The notes under the pieces are model-generated. The model was given only the letters and a program-made list of their open reading frames with translations. It had not been told where the DNA came from and did no database searches. Source: Chloroflexota bacterium (GTDB lineage: Bacteria > Chloroflexota > Anaerolineae > Anaerolineales > Villigracilaceae). From it: a DNA stretch of 64,000 nucleotides. This document shows positions 39,454-47,462 of the stretch, piece by piece. How positions within the stretch are numbered: position 1 is the first letter of the stretch; each line of letters starts with the position of its first letter. The stretch is taken from assembly GCA_043826315.1 (NCBI GenBank), contig JBDRQK010000014.1, forward strand, positions 4,230 through 68,229, given 5' to 3'. The translations under genes and the position numbers were made by a program.

Positions 39454-40500
39454 TTAAATAATATTGATTTCAGGTATAGACTTATTATGAGCAGCTATGC
39501 TGATTTTTGCAGCCACCTGTTCAGCAATAGCTTGAAGCGCTTTTCCAGCTTCTGAATCAGGATTGGTTACCACAATCGGCTCTCCGGTATCGCCTCCGAT
39601 TCGTACACCTGATTCCATGGGTACGGCACCCAGGAATGGGACTTTGGCAATATTTGCCATATCTTCCCCGCCTCCTGCACCAAACATATCCCCGCGCATG
39701 TTCTCAACGACTCCTAATATTGGAACTTCAAGTGTTCTAAACATTTCAAGACCGCGACTGGCATCTTCCAAGGATACACTTTGTGGTATTGTAACGATAA
39801 CCACTCCACTGAGAGGTAAAGCCTGTGCAAGGCTAAGTGGTACATCTCCGGTTCCCGGGGGTAGATCTACGATCAGGTAATCCAGCTCACCCCATTCGAC
39901 ATCAGTAATGAATTGTTTAAGAGCAGAAACAAGCATGGGGCCACGCCAAATCAGTGGTTGTCCGGGTTTTACAAGGAAACCCATTGACATTATTTTTACT
40001 CCAAATGATTCTGCTGGAATAAGCTTGCTCTCTTGTGGAGCAGGCATGTGATTTATACCCATCATAGTTGGAATATTGGGGCCATATATATCAGCATCCA
40101 TTAATCCAACACGCGCTCCACTTTTTGCTAATGCTATAGCAAGGTTGGCTGATACTGTGCTTTTTCCAACTCCACCTTTTCCTGATGCAACAGCAATTAC
40201 ATTGCGTATCGGGGTTTTTAAGAGACCTCTATCCCGACCATCACTGGGTACATTGGAATCCATTTTAATGTTAATAATTTTCACATTTGGAATTGCCTGA
40301 ACAGCTGTGCGTGCTTGTTTTTCGATTAAACTTTTCAATGGGCAGGCTGGAGTTGTCAGAATTATCGAGAAAGATACAGTATTATCCTCGATCTCTAAAT
40401 TCTGGATCATATTTAATGTAACTAGATCTTTATGTAGTTCAGGTTCCTGAACTTTTGATAAAGCGGCTAATACGCTATCCTTGCTGATTAAATTCGTCAT
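39454..40500 (-). CDS. Mrp/NBP35/ApbC-family P-loop ATPase with N-terminal DUF59 domain, lacking the CxxC cluster motif
   Basis: 348 aa. DUF59-like ILTTPACPL and deviant Walker A SGKGGVGKST. After VENM the usual xxxCxxCG segment is missing (VENMRGDMFGAGGGE). Confidence 0.85.
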   Translation of the reverse strand: MTNLISKDSVLAALSKVQEPELHKDLVTLNMIQNLEIEDNTVSFSIILTTPACPLKSLIEKQARTAVQAIPNVKIINIKMDSNVPSDGRDRGLLKTPIRNVIAVASGKGGVGKSTVSANLAIALAKSGARVGLMDADIYGPNIPTMMGINHMPAPQESKLIPAESFGVKIMSMGFLVKPGQPLIWRGPMLVSALKQFITDVEWGELDYLIVDLPPGTGDVPLSLAQALPLSGVVIVTIPQSVSLEDASRGLEMFRTLEVPILGVVENMRGDMFGAGGGEDMANIAKVPFLGAVPMESGVRIGGDTGEPIVVTNPDSEAGKALQAIAEQVAAKISIAAHNKSIPEINII

Positions 40501-40825
40501 AGTTTTCCTTTTTTTTCAGGTAATCTTCTACTTCAATTTTCGCCATTTTATATAAATTTTCAAGATCATCATCTGATCCCCGAAAACGATTCAGGGCATG
40601 TCTGGCACATTGTTGACAACCATGCAATGCCCTGTAAGAACTGGAATTGCAGTAAAGGCAGTTCCCGATTCGCACCATGGTCAATGTGAAAGCTAGTATT
40701 TCTAGAGTGTCAGGCGACAGTGACTCTATTTCTCTTATCAACAATTTCCATCGCTCTCCGCGAATATTTTTTAATGAAGGGATAATGTCAGCCGGGAAGA
40801 GCAATTCGGTTCCGCGCTTATTCAT
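40475..40825 (-). CDS. Small double-CxxC protein, unknown family
   Basis: 116 aa with CLYC-x10-CQQC. Its 3' end overlaps the mrp start by 26 nt, and it lies 67 nt downstream of nuoI with no strong terminator between. Confidence 0.5.
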   Translation of the reverse strand: MNKRGTELLFPADIIPSLKNIRGERWKLLIREIESLSPDTLEILAFTLTMVRIGNCLYCNSSSYRALHGCQQCARHALNRFRGSDDDLENLYKMAKIEVEDYLKKKENYDEFNQQG

Positions 40826-40892
40826 TTTGGCAAGTGACAGGTTATTGTTTATTTACTTACAACAATTATTCAGATACTGATTGGTTTCTGAT

Positions 40893-41495
40893 TTATTCGG
40901 TTTTTATAGTTGCTGCGGTTCGAGCTGCAAGTTTGGCCGAACGCGCTTGATTTTCTTTTGTAGCATTGATCGGTCGGATTTTTTCATAATATGTTGCAGA
41001 TTTTGAAAGAGTTTGCAGGTTCATAATATTTCTCGAATAAGAAGCCAATTCATAAGCATGATCCATCTTGATGGCGTCAAATGGACAGTATTCTGCACAT
41101 AATCCACAATTCATGCAAATATCTGCATCAATATAAAATTCTGAAGGATCGGGGATGGGACGACCTGTTGCTGGGTTTGTTGTGCGAACGATCCAAATGC
41201 ACTGTGGTGGGCAAACTTTAGCACATATTCCACAGCTTGTGCAACGGATGGTATGTTCTCCATTATCACCTTCATCATAAACAAGGAAAGGTAAAAACCG
41301 AAATTCTTCTGGAGAGGGTAATATTTCCTCTGGATATTGAATTGTGAATATTCCTTTTGCGTCTTTGCTTGAACGATGTGCAATACCTTCAGCTTTATAA
41401 TAACGTTTGCCTATCCAGCGGATATCATCAACGTATGTTTCTATATAACGTTTTAATGTAACACCTAAACCTTTGAGTATTCCTTTACCGTACAT
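40893..41495 (-). CDS. nuoI: NADH-quinone oxidoreductase subunit I (2x[4Fe-4S])
   Basis: 200 aa. Contains CTSCGICAKVCP and CMNCGLCAEYCP ferredoxin motifs in a NuoI-type context. Confidence 0.9.
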   Translation of the reverse strand: MYGKGILKGLGVTLKRYIETYVDDIRWIGKRYYKAEGIAHRSSKDAKGIFTIQYPEEILPSPEEFRFLPFLVYDEGDNGEHTIRCTSCGICAKVCPPQCIWIVRTTNPATGRPIPDPSEFYIDADICMNCGLCAEYCPFDAIKMDHAYELASYSRNIMNLQTLSKSATYYEKIRPINATKENQARSAKLAARTAATIKTE

Positions 41496-41504
41496 AATCT
41501 TCTC

Positions 41505-43247
41505 CTACCGATCAACTTCACCAAGAACAATATCAATAGAACCAAGAATAGCCACGATATCCGCAATCTTCTGTCCAACACACATATGGCCATATGGGGT
41601 TAGATTAATAAATGATGGTGCCCGAACATGGTAGCGCCAAGGATTCGGCTTTCCGGTTGAAATGATGTAAAAACCAAGTTCACCTTTAGGGCTTTCAACT
41701 CTTCCGTAGGATTCTCCAGCTGGAACTCTAACTTGGTATTGCGGTTTTCCGGTTTGAATTTCACCTCCCGGTAAACCCTTTATAGCTTGTTGAATGATGC
41801 GAATACTCTGACGCATTTCATCAAGACGGACCATATAGCGGTCGAAAATGTCGCCATTTTGACGGACAGCAATGTCAAAATCGAAGCGAGGATAGATACT
41901 ATACGGATCAGCTCTACGAATATCATAAGGGATACCCGAGGCACGTAATAATGGTCCGGTTGCCGAATATTTAATTGCATCTTCAGCTGATAAAACTCCC
42001 TGGCCAATTCCACGAGAACGGATAATCTCGTTTTCGCTCATGAATCTATCGATCTCATCGACTTTCTTGGGTAATCTCTCAAAAGCAAGACCCTTGATCA
42101 TTTCAAGCGTACCCTCGGGTAAATCGCGAGCAACACCACCAAATCGGAAATAGTTGCACATCATCCGGGATCCAGTAACAGCTTCAAAGATATCCAGGAT
42201 CAGCTCTCGTTCTTCAAGTAAATATATCAATGGTGTGAAAAAGGTTCCCAGGTCATTAAACAGTGCACCTAGTGCCATACAGTGGTTTGTGATCCGATTG
42301 AGTTCAGCCATGATCACCCGGATATACTCGGCTCTTTCAGGAACTTCAATATTCATTAATTTTTCTACAGCTAATGCATATCCAAAGTTGTTGCTTAAAG
42401 ATGATAAGTAGTCCAGACGATCAGTGTAAGGCATGTTTTGTAAGTATGTATTTCGTTCACCTATTTTTTCGTGATTCCGATGCAAATAACCCATCACTGG
42501 TTTGAGATTGGCGATGATCTCACCATCAAGAACAGCGGAAACTCTAAATACACCATGGGTGGATGGATGTTGAGGACCCAGGTTGACAACGATATTATCG
42601 CTTTTTATCCCATCCTTGTTTGTGTATTCGTACTTAGCTAAAGCACCATAGAGAGCTTCCTCCCCTTCTGGGATCCATTTTTCGGGATCGAAATCAGTTG
42701 GGTAAACAATATTATCGCTAAATAAATTATTATTTTCAGCTTGGACAATTTTTCCATCAGGCCATCTTGACTTGAAAGGTTTGTATTCTTCTTCGAAATA
42801 CGCTTCTTTCCAGTCTTTTCGCAAGGGGTGTCCGGCAAAACCTTCCCACATAAGAATTCGACGCAGGTCTGGATGTCCAGTGAATACAATACCGTAGAGA
42901 TCCCATATTTCGCGCTCTTGTAATTCTACGCCTGGATAAACAGGAACGAGGGAAGGAATTTCGATAGGATCCAAACGTGGAACCTGAACCTTATAATTCA
43001 AAACTGAACCACCGGTTGTTCTGAATGCATGATAAACAACTTCCATCTTTTCATCTGGAAGATAATCAACACCTGTTACAGAGGTTAGAAGATCATATCC
43101 ATAAACATCCCGAAGTTTTGTAGCAAATTCGATTAAATGATCTTTATTGATAACCCAACCAGAATAACCTGGACGGTTATCTGCATTAACGAATTCAGGA
43201 AAAATTGTGGAGAAATCAAGTATTTCGACAGGTGCAGGTGTAGTCAT
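41505..43247 (-). CDS. nuoCD: Fused NADH-quinone oxidoreductase subunits C and D
   Basis: 580 aa. The NuoC part has ERE(I)WDLYGI. The NuoD part has [38 protein letters not shown] and C-terminal [12 protein letters not shown]. No NiFe-ligand cysteines. Confidence 0.9.
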   Translation of the reverse strand: MTTPAPVEILDFSTIFPEFVNADNRPGYSGWVINKDHLIEFATKLRDVYGYDLLTSVTGVDYLPDEKMEVVYHAFRTTGGSVLNYKVQVPRLDPIEIPSLVPVYPGVELQEREIWDLYGIVFTGHPDLRRILMWEGFAGHPLRKDWKEAYFEEEYKPFKSRWPDGKIVQAENNNLFSDNIVYPTDFDPEKWIPEGEEALYGALAKYEYTNKDGIKSDNIVVNLGPQHPSTHGVFRVSAVLDGEIIANLKPVMGYLHRNHEKIGERNTYLQNMPYTDRLDYLSSLSNNFGYALAVEKLMNIEVPERAEYIRVIMAELNRITNHCMALGALFNDLGTFFTPLIYLLEERELILDIFEAVTGSRMMCNYFRFGGVARDLPEGTLEMIKGLAFERLPKKVDEIDRFMSENEIIRSRGIGQGVLSAEDAIKYSATGPLLRASGIPYDIRRADPYSIYPRFDFDIAVRQNGDIFDRYMVRLDEMRQSIRIIQQAIKGLPGGEIQTGKPQYQVRVPAGESYGRVESPKGELGFYIISTGKPNPWRYHVRAPSFINLTPYGHMCVGQKIADIVAILGSIDIVLGEVDR

Positions 43248-43873
43248 GTTAATTTCTCCTGAGCCTCGTGATTCTTGAAAAGAGGGATTTTGCGCGGATC
43301 GATAAGATCTGGGCCAAGAATGGGAACAGGTATGGATACTTGATCCTCACCTTTTTTGTACCATCTGACTGATTTTAGGGATTGGCTGCTTATTTTTTCT
43401 TGTAGTTTTATCAATCCATTTATCAAAGCCTGTGGAGTTGGGGGGCATCCTGGGATGTAAACATCAACGGGAATATAGCGATCAATACCAGAAACAACAT
43501 TGTAACCCTCCTTGAAAGGTCCACCTCCAGAGGCACATGCCCCCATCGCAATTACGTACTTCGGCTCAGGCATCTGATTATATAATCGCACAATGGTCGG
43601 CATCATTTTCTTTGTTACCGTCCCAGAAACGAGCATCAGATCACTTTGACGTGGACTGGGCCGTGTAACTTCCATTCCAAATCGGGAAAGGTCAAATCTA
43701 CTGGCTTGAGCGCATATGTACTCGATTCCACAACAAGCGAGTGCGAACATTAATGGCCAGACTGAGGCGCTGCGTCCCCAGTTGTAAATTTTGTCGAGAG
43801 TAGTAATTGCTACTTGCCCTTCAATCTCTTCAGGGATTTCGTAGCCGGGTGTGTTGATATCTTTTACATTCAT
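43244..43873 (-). CDS. nuoB: NADH-quinone oxidoreductase subunit B (N2 cluster)
   Basis: 209 aa. [15 protein letters not shown], and PGCPP cysteine motifs. 4-nt overlap with nuoCD. Confidence 0.9.
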   Translation of the reverse strand: MNVKDINTPGYEIPEEIEGQVAITTLDKIYNWGRSASVWPLMFALACCGIEYICAQASRFDLSRFGMEVTRPSPRQSDLMLVSGTVTKKMMPTIVRLYNQMPEPKYVIAMGACASGGGPFKEGYNVVSGIDRYIPVDVYIPGCPPTPQALINGLIKLQEKISSQSLKSVRWYKKGEDQVSIPVPILGPDLIDPRKIPLFKNHEAQEKLT

Positions 43874-43946
43874 CCTGCATTCTCCTAAAATATCCTAAAG
43901 GAAACCATACTCGCAAGATTATAGTTTATCGGATAAGACGTGTCAA

Positions 43947-43980
43947 TTGATTTATGCAAAAATATATTTGCATAAATCAA
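43947..43980. promoter_or_regulatory. Perfect 14+6+14 bp inverted repeat, candidate operator in the nuoB/regulator divergent region
   Basis: TTGATTTATGCAAA-AATATA-TTTGCATAAATCAA read directly from the sequence. It lies 74 bp upstream of nuoB and just upstream of a TATAAT (43989-43994) preceding the regulator gene. Confidence 0.5.
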
Positions 43981-43995
43981 GAAAATGACTATAAT

Positions 43996-44622
43996 ATGAC
44001 AGATGACACTATGGAAATAACTTCCCGACAAAAAGTTTTCGATGTAATCCGAAAACACCAATTAGTTACTGTTTCAGAGATCAATCATTTCCTGGGCATG
44101 ACACCAGCGAGTATCAGGCATCATATTGCAGTTCTTAAAGCGGATGGATTGGTTGAAAAAATTGACTCCCTCAAAAAAATTGGAAGGGGGAGACCAGAAA
44201 CAGTTTTTGCAGTTAGTAGCGTTTTTATGGAAGATGGTCTTGAAACTCTTATTGAAGGAATATTTTGGGTTTGGTTTTCCAACTTATCGAAAGAAGAGTT
44301 AGGCATAAAAATACAGGCGATAGCGAAGTATCTGGTGGGGGAAGGAGTAAATACGACGAAAATCCCCATAAACAAGAAATTGACAATGGGTGTCACGCAC
44401 CTGAATGAACTCCATTATAAAGCTCAATGGGAAGCCAGCCATTCAGGTCCCCGTATTAAATTTGGAAATTGTCCATACAGAACGATTATCAACCTGCATC
44501 CTGAACTTTGCTTGATGGATAAATACTTATTAGAAGAATTGGTGGGAATTAAGATATCTCAAGTATCAAAACTTGAACGGGATGAAAGGGGCATATTATA
44601 TTGTAGTTTTATCGGGCATTAA
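43996..44622 (+). CDS. Winged-helix (ArsR/DeoR-like) transcriptional regulator with C-terminal Cys motif (COG2345/SufR-like)
   Basis: The N-terminus RQKVFDVIRKHQLVTVSEINHFLGMTPASIRHHIAVLKADGLV is wHTH-like. The C-terminus has C-x12-C-x30-C (NCPYRTIINLHPELC...YCSF). The start may be 43996 or 44011; the ORF-track start 43954 lies inside the palindrome. Confidence 0.7.
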   Translation: MTDDTMEITSRQKVFDVIRKHQLVTVSEINHFLGMTPASIRHHIAVLKADGLVEKIDSLKKIGRGRPETVFAVSSVFMEDGLETLIEGIFWVWFSNLSKEELGIKIQAIAKYLVGEGVNTTKIPINKKLTMGVTHLNELHYKAQWEASHSGPRIKFGNCPYRTIINLHPELCLMDKYLLEELVGIKISQVSKLERDERGILYCSFIGH

Positions 44623-45743
44623 AGGACAATACCTTTTCCCAGAAAGACACCAATACCTCCATTATTAAATCGGATGGATGTATCCAAATTGATCCTTGTT
44701 TGAGCCAGTAAATTCAAATCAGAGCATAAGATGGAAATATTCCAATTCCTGCAATGATCACGGGCAACATTACCAAATTGGGCATAAAGATTACGAAGAT
44801 CTTTATTTGAGGTTACTCGAAATCCATATGGTGGGTTTGTTACCAGAAAACCTGGCGGAGGAGGAGGCAAAATAGAAGATATTGCCTTACAATTAAATTC
44901 AATCATGTCTTCCACCCCTGCTCGCATGGCATTGGCAATTGACATTTCAATAGCCCCAGCATCCCTGTCAGAAGCCTGGATTATAGGCAATTTGCTTTTT
45001 ATTTTAGAGTGAAAAGTAGCCAGCATATTCTCCCAAATCAAATTATTGTAATTCGGCCATAGCATAAAAGCAAATTGCCGATGTAGACCTGGTGGAGTAC
45101 CCTTCGCCAATAATGCTGCCTCAATTGGAATGGTCCCAGATCCACAAAATGGATCAAGAAGGGGATCAATTTTATTCCAATCCGATGCCAATACTGTTGC
45201 TGCTGCCAGGGTTTCCCTAATTGGTGCTTTGGCTGATGCAAATCGATAGCCTCTACGGTGTAACAATTCTCCTGAAGAATCAATACTGATTGTGCATTCA
45301 TCATTTAATAACCTGACAACAATTAATTGATACAGGTATTTGTCTTCCATATCAATTGGTTTTTGGTTAATGGAAGTTGATCCAAGCCTATCGCTCAGAG
45401 CTCCTAAAACCCGTTCAATAACGCCATCGGAATGATATAGACGCGATTTATGACAAGATGCTCGAATTGATACAGGTTGCCCAGGAAAAATGAATTTCTC
45501 CCACGGTAATCTGCTTGCTTTTTTGCGTAATTCAGAAAATGCAGAAGCATGGAAATTCCCAAGACGGACCAGAATTCGACTAACAGTTCTTAAATTTAGG
45601 TTGGATTGATAAATTGCTTTTATATCCCCCGTGAATGAAATACCGCCATTTTCTTTTGTTCCAGTGTTTAAACCTAATCCATGCATTTCATTCAATGCGA
45701 TATGTTCGAGCCCAGGAGTAACTACTGCAAATAAATTATCCAT
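44619..45743 (-). CDS. THUMP-domain class I SAM-dependent RNA methyltransferase (COG0116, RlmL/YpsC-like)
   Basis: 374 aa. LHRRGYR, PIRETLAAA, DPFCGSGTIPIEAA, and NPPYG motifs. Confidence 0.8.
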   Translation of the reverse strand: MDNLFAVVTPGLEHIALNEMHGLGLNTGTKENGGISFTGDIKAIYQSNLNLRTVSRILVRLGNFHASAFSELRKKASRLPWEKFIFPGQPVSIRASCHKSRLYHSDGVIERVLGALSDRLGSTSINQKPIDMEDKYLYQLIVVRLLNDECTISIDSSGELLHRRGYRFASAKAPIRETLAAATVLASDWNKIDPLLDPFCGSGTIPIEAALLAKGTPPGLHRQFAFMLWPNYNNLIWENMLATFHSKIKSKLPIIQASDRDAGAIEMSIANAMRAGVEDMIEFNCKAISSILPPPPPGFLVTNPPYGFRVTSNKDLRNLYAQFGNVARDHCRNWNISILCSDLNLLAQTRINLDTSIRFNNGGIGVFLGKGIVL

Positions 45744-47445
45744 TATTCTGTATGATTATTTCTTTTTGTTTTTGTTTGCGCTCAGGGTCTTTTTCTACGA
45801 AAACAGATTCGCCTGTGAAAGGATCCTGCTCTGTATAATACATCAAGGTAGAATATGTGGATGGGGTCGGTGTGAATATTTGCACTTGCTCAGGATTAAT
45901 ATTCAATTTCTTACTGGTAAATGTTTTTAATTTCTGCATATCGGATTCATCACAACCAGGATGTGCCGCAATAAGATAGTATGTAAGAAATTGTTTTTTC
46001 CCGGCTGTTCTGGAAAAGTCATCAAATTTATCTTTGAACCGAAGCAAATTATTATTATCAGGTTTTCCCATTTTCTCTAAAACGTTTTTTTCTGAATGCT
46101 CGGGGGCAATTTTTAGTTGACCTGAAACATGATGATTTGTTAATTCGTGAAAATAATCCTTGCTATAATTTCCATCAGAAAAAAGTAAATCATAACGAAT
46201 TCCTGAAGATACAAAAACTTTCTTTATCCCCTTGATCTTCCGGATCTGTTTTAATAATTTTATATTTGGTAAATGGGTCACTTTTAGAGCTGGACAAACA
46301 TCCGGGGAGAGGCAACGTTGATCCTGACATGCTCCAGATTTGAGTTTTTTACTGCACTCATAGCCATACATATTAGCAGTCGGACCACCAATATCCTGGA
46401 TATACCCCTTAAACCCCTCAGTTCGGGTTAATAATTCGGCTTCAGCTAAAATCGATTCCTGACTTCGCCAACGGACTGTGCGCCCTTCATGAACAGCAAT
46501 TGCACAAAAATTGCATTCCCCATAGCAACCTCGGTGGGTGGATATGGAAAATCGGATAGTTTCTAAAGCTTTAACTGTTCCAATCTGTTCGTAATACGGG
46601 TGTTGACCATATTCATAATTTAGGGCATAAACTTCATCAAGTTCATCTTGGGTTTGGTACTTGGAAGGTGGATTTTGAACAAGATATCGGTCTGCGTGTT
46701 TTTGTACAAGCCCTTTCGCACTTAGTGGGTCATTATTTCGATAAAAGGTGTGGAACATTTGGATAAAAGAATTATTATCTTCTATTACTTCTTCAAATGA
46801 AGGTAATTCCAGATATTTTCCAGGCTTTTTGTTTGATATGTAGCATAATCCATTAACCGGATTTGGATCGCTCCCATTCTTGATGCATTCAGAAAACTCT
46901 AGGATGGATAATTCTGCCATACCATAAAGAAGGAAATCTGCTTTTGCATCGAGTAAAAGCGATCGCCTTATTCTATCATCCCAGAAATCATAATGTGCTA
47001 TACGACGCAGACTGGCTTCGATACCGCCTAGAACAATTGGTTTGGCATGAGTTTGTGGGTGATTCTGATTAGATAACCTGCGAATAAGGTTGGAATAAAC
47101 GATACTTGCTCTATCTGGTCGACGATTATTGATACCACCTGGAGTGTAGTCGTCCGATCGGCGTTTTTTCTTCAAAGCAGTATAGTTTGCAACCATGGAG
47201 TCAACACAACCAGCAGATACACCCCAAAATAAATTTGGCTCCCCAAGCCGCCCAATATCTTCGGTGTTATTATTATCAGGCTGGGCGATAATGCCAACAC
47301 GATAGCCATGTCTAACAAGTAGCTTGCCTATCACAGCTATACCGATATATGGACTGTCGATATAGCTGTCCCCGGTTATCAGGATCACATCAAGTGAATC
47401 CCAACCCAATTTTTTCATTTCTTGATGAGTTGTTGGAAGGAACAT
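45736..47445 (-). CDS. ygiQ: YgiQ-family (UPF0313) radical SAM protein
   Basis: 569 aa. The N-terminal FLPTT..EM..LGWD.LDVILITGDSYIDSP is typical of YgiQ. Radical SAM cluster motif CYGECNFC. Confidence 0.85.
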   Translation of the reverse strand: MFLPTTHQEMKKLGWDSLDVILITGDSYIDSPYIGIAVIGKLLVRHGYRVGIIAQPDNNNTEDIGRLGEPNLFWGVSAGCVDSMVANYTALKKKRRSDDYTPGGINNRRPDRASIVYSNLIRRLSNQNHPQTHAKPIVLGGIEASLRRIAHYDFWDDRIRRSLLLDAKADFLLYGMAELSILEFSECIKNGSDPNPVNGLCYISNKKPGKYLELPSFEEVIEDNNSFIQMFHTFYRNNDPLSAKGLVQKHADRYLVQNPPSKYQTQDELDEVYALNYEYGQHPYYEQIGTVKALETIRFSISTHRGCYGECNFCAIAVHEGRTVRWRSQESILAEAELLTRTEGFKGYIQDIGGPTANMYGYECSKKLKSGACQDQRCLSPDVCPALKVTHLPNIKLLKQIRKIKGIKKVFVSSGIRYDLLFSDGNYSKDYFHELTNHHVSGQLKIAPEHSEKNVLEKMGKPDNNNLLRFKDKFDDFSRTAGKKQFLTYYLIAAHPGCDESDMQKLKTFTSKKLNINPEQVQIFTPTPSTYSTLMYYTEQDPFTGESVFVEKDPERKQKQKEIIIQNNG

Positions 47446-47462
47446 TAGTATTTACAGAAAAT

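Noticed and set aside
41505-43247. NuoCD as the large subunit of a group 4 NiFe hydrogenase, considered because a hyp operon lies 11 kb away.
   Set aside because: The positions of both CxxC NiFe-ligand motifs are occupied by [14 protein letters not shown] and [10 protein letters not shown], and the NuoD signature GPQHPSTHG is present. It is complex I-type, not a hydrogenase.
43954-43995. ORF-track start codon (43954) of the wHTH regulator.
   Set aside because: That ATG lies within the left arm of the 34-bp palindrome and upstream of the TATAAT at 43989-43994. A start at 43996 or 44011 is more plausible.
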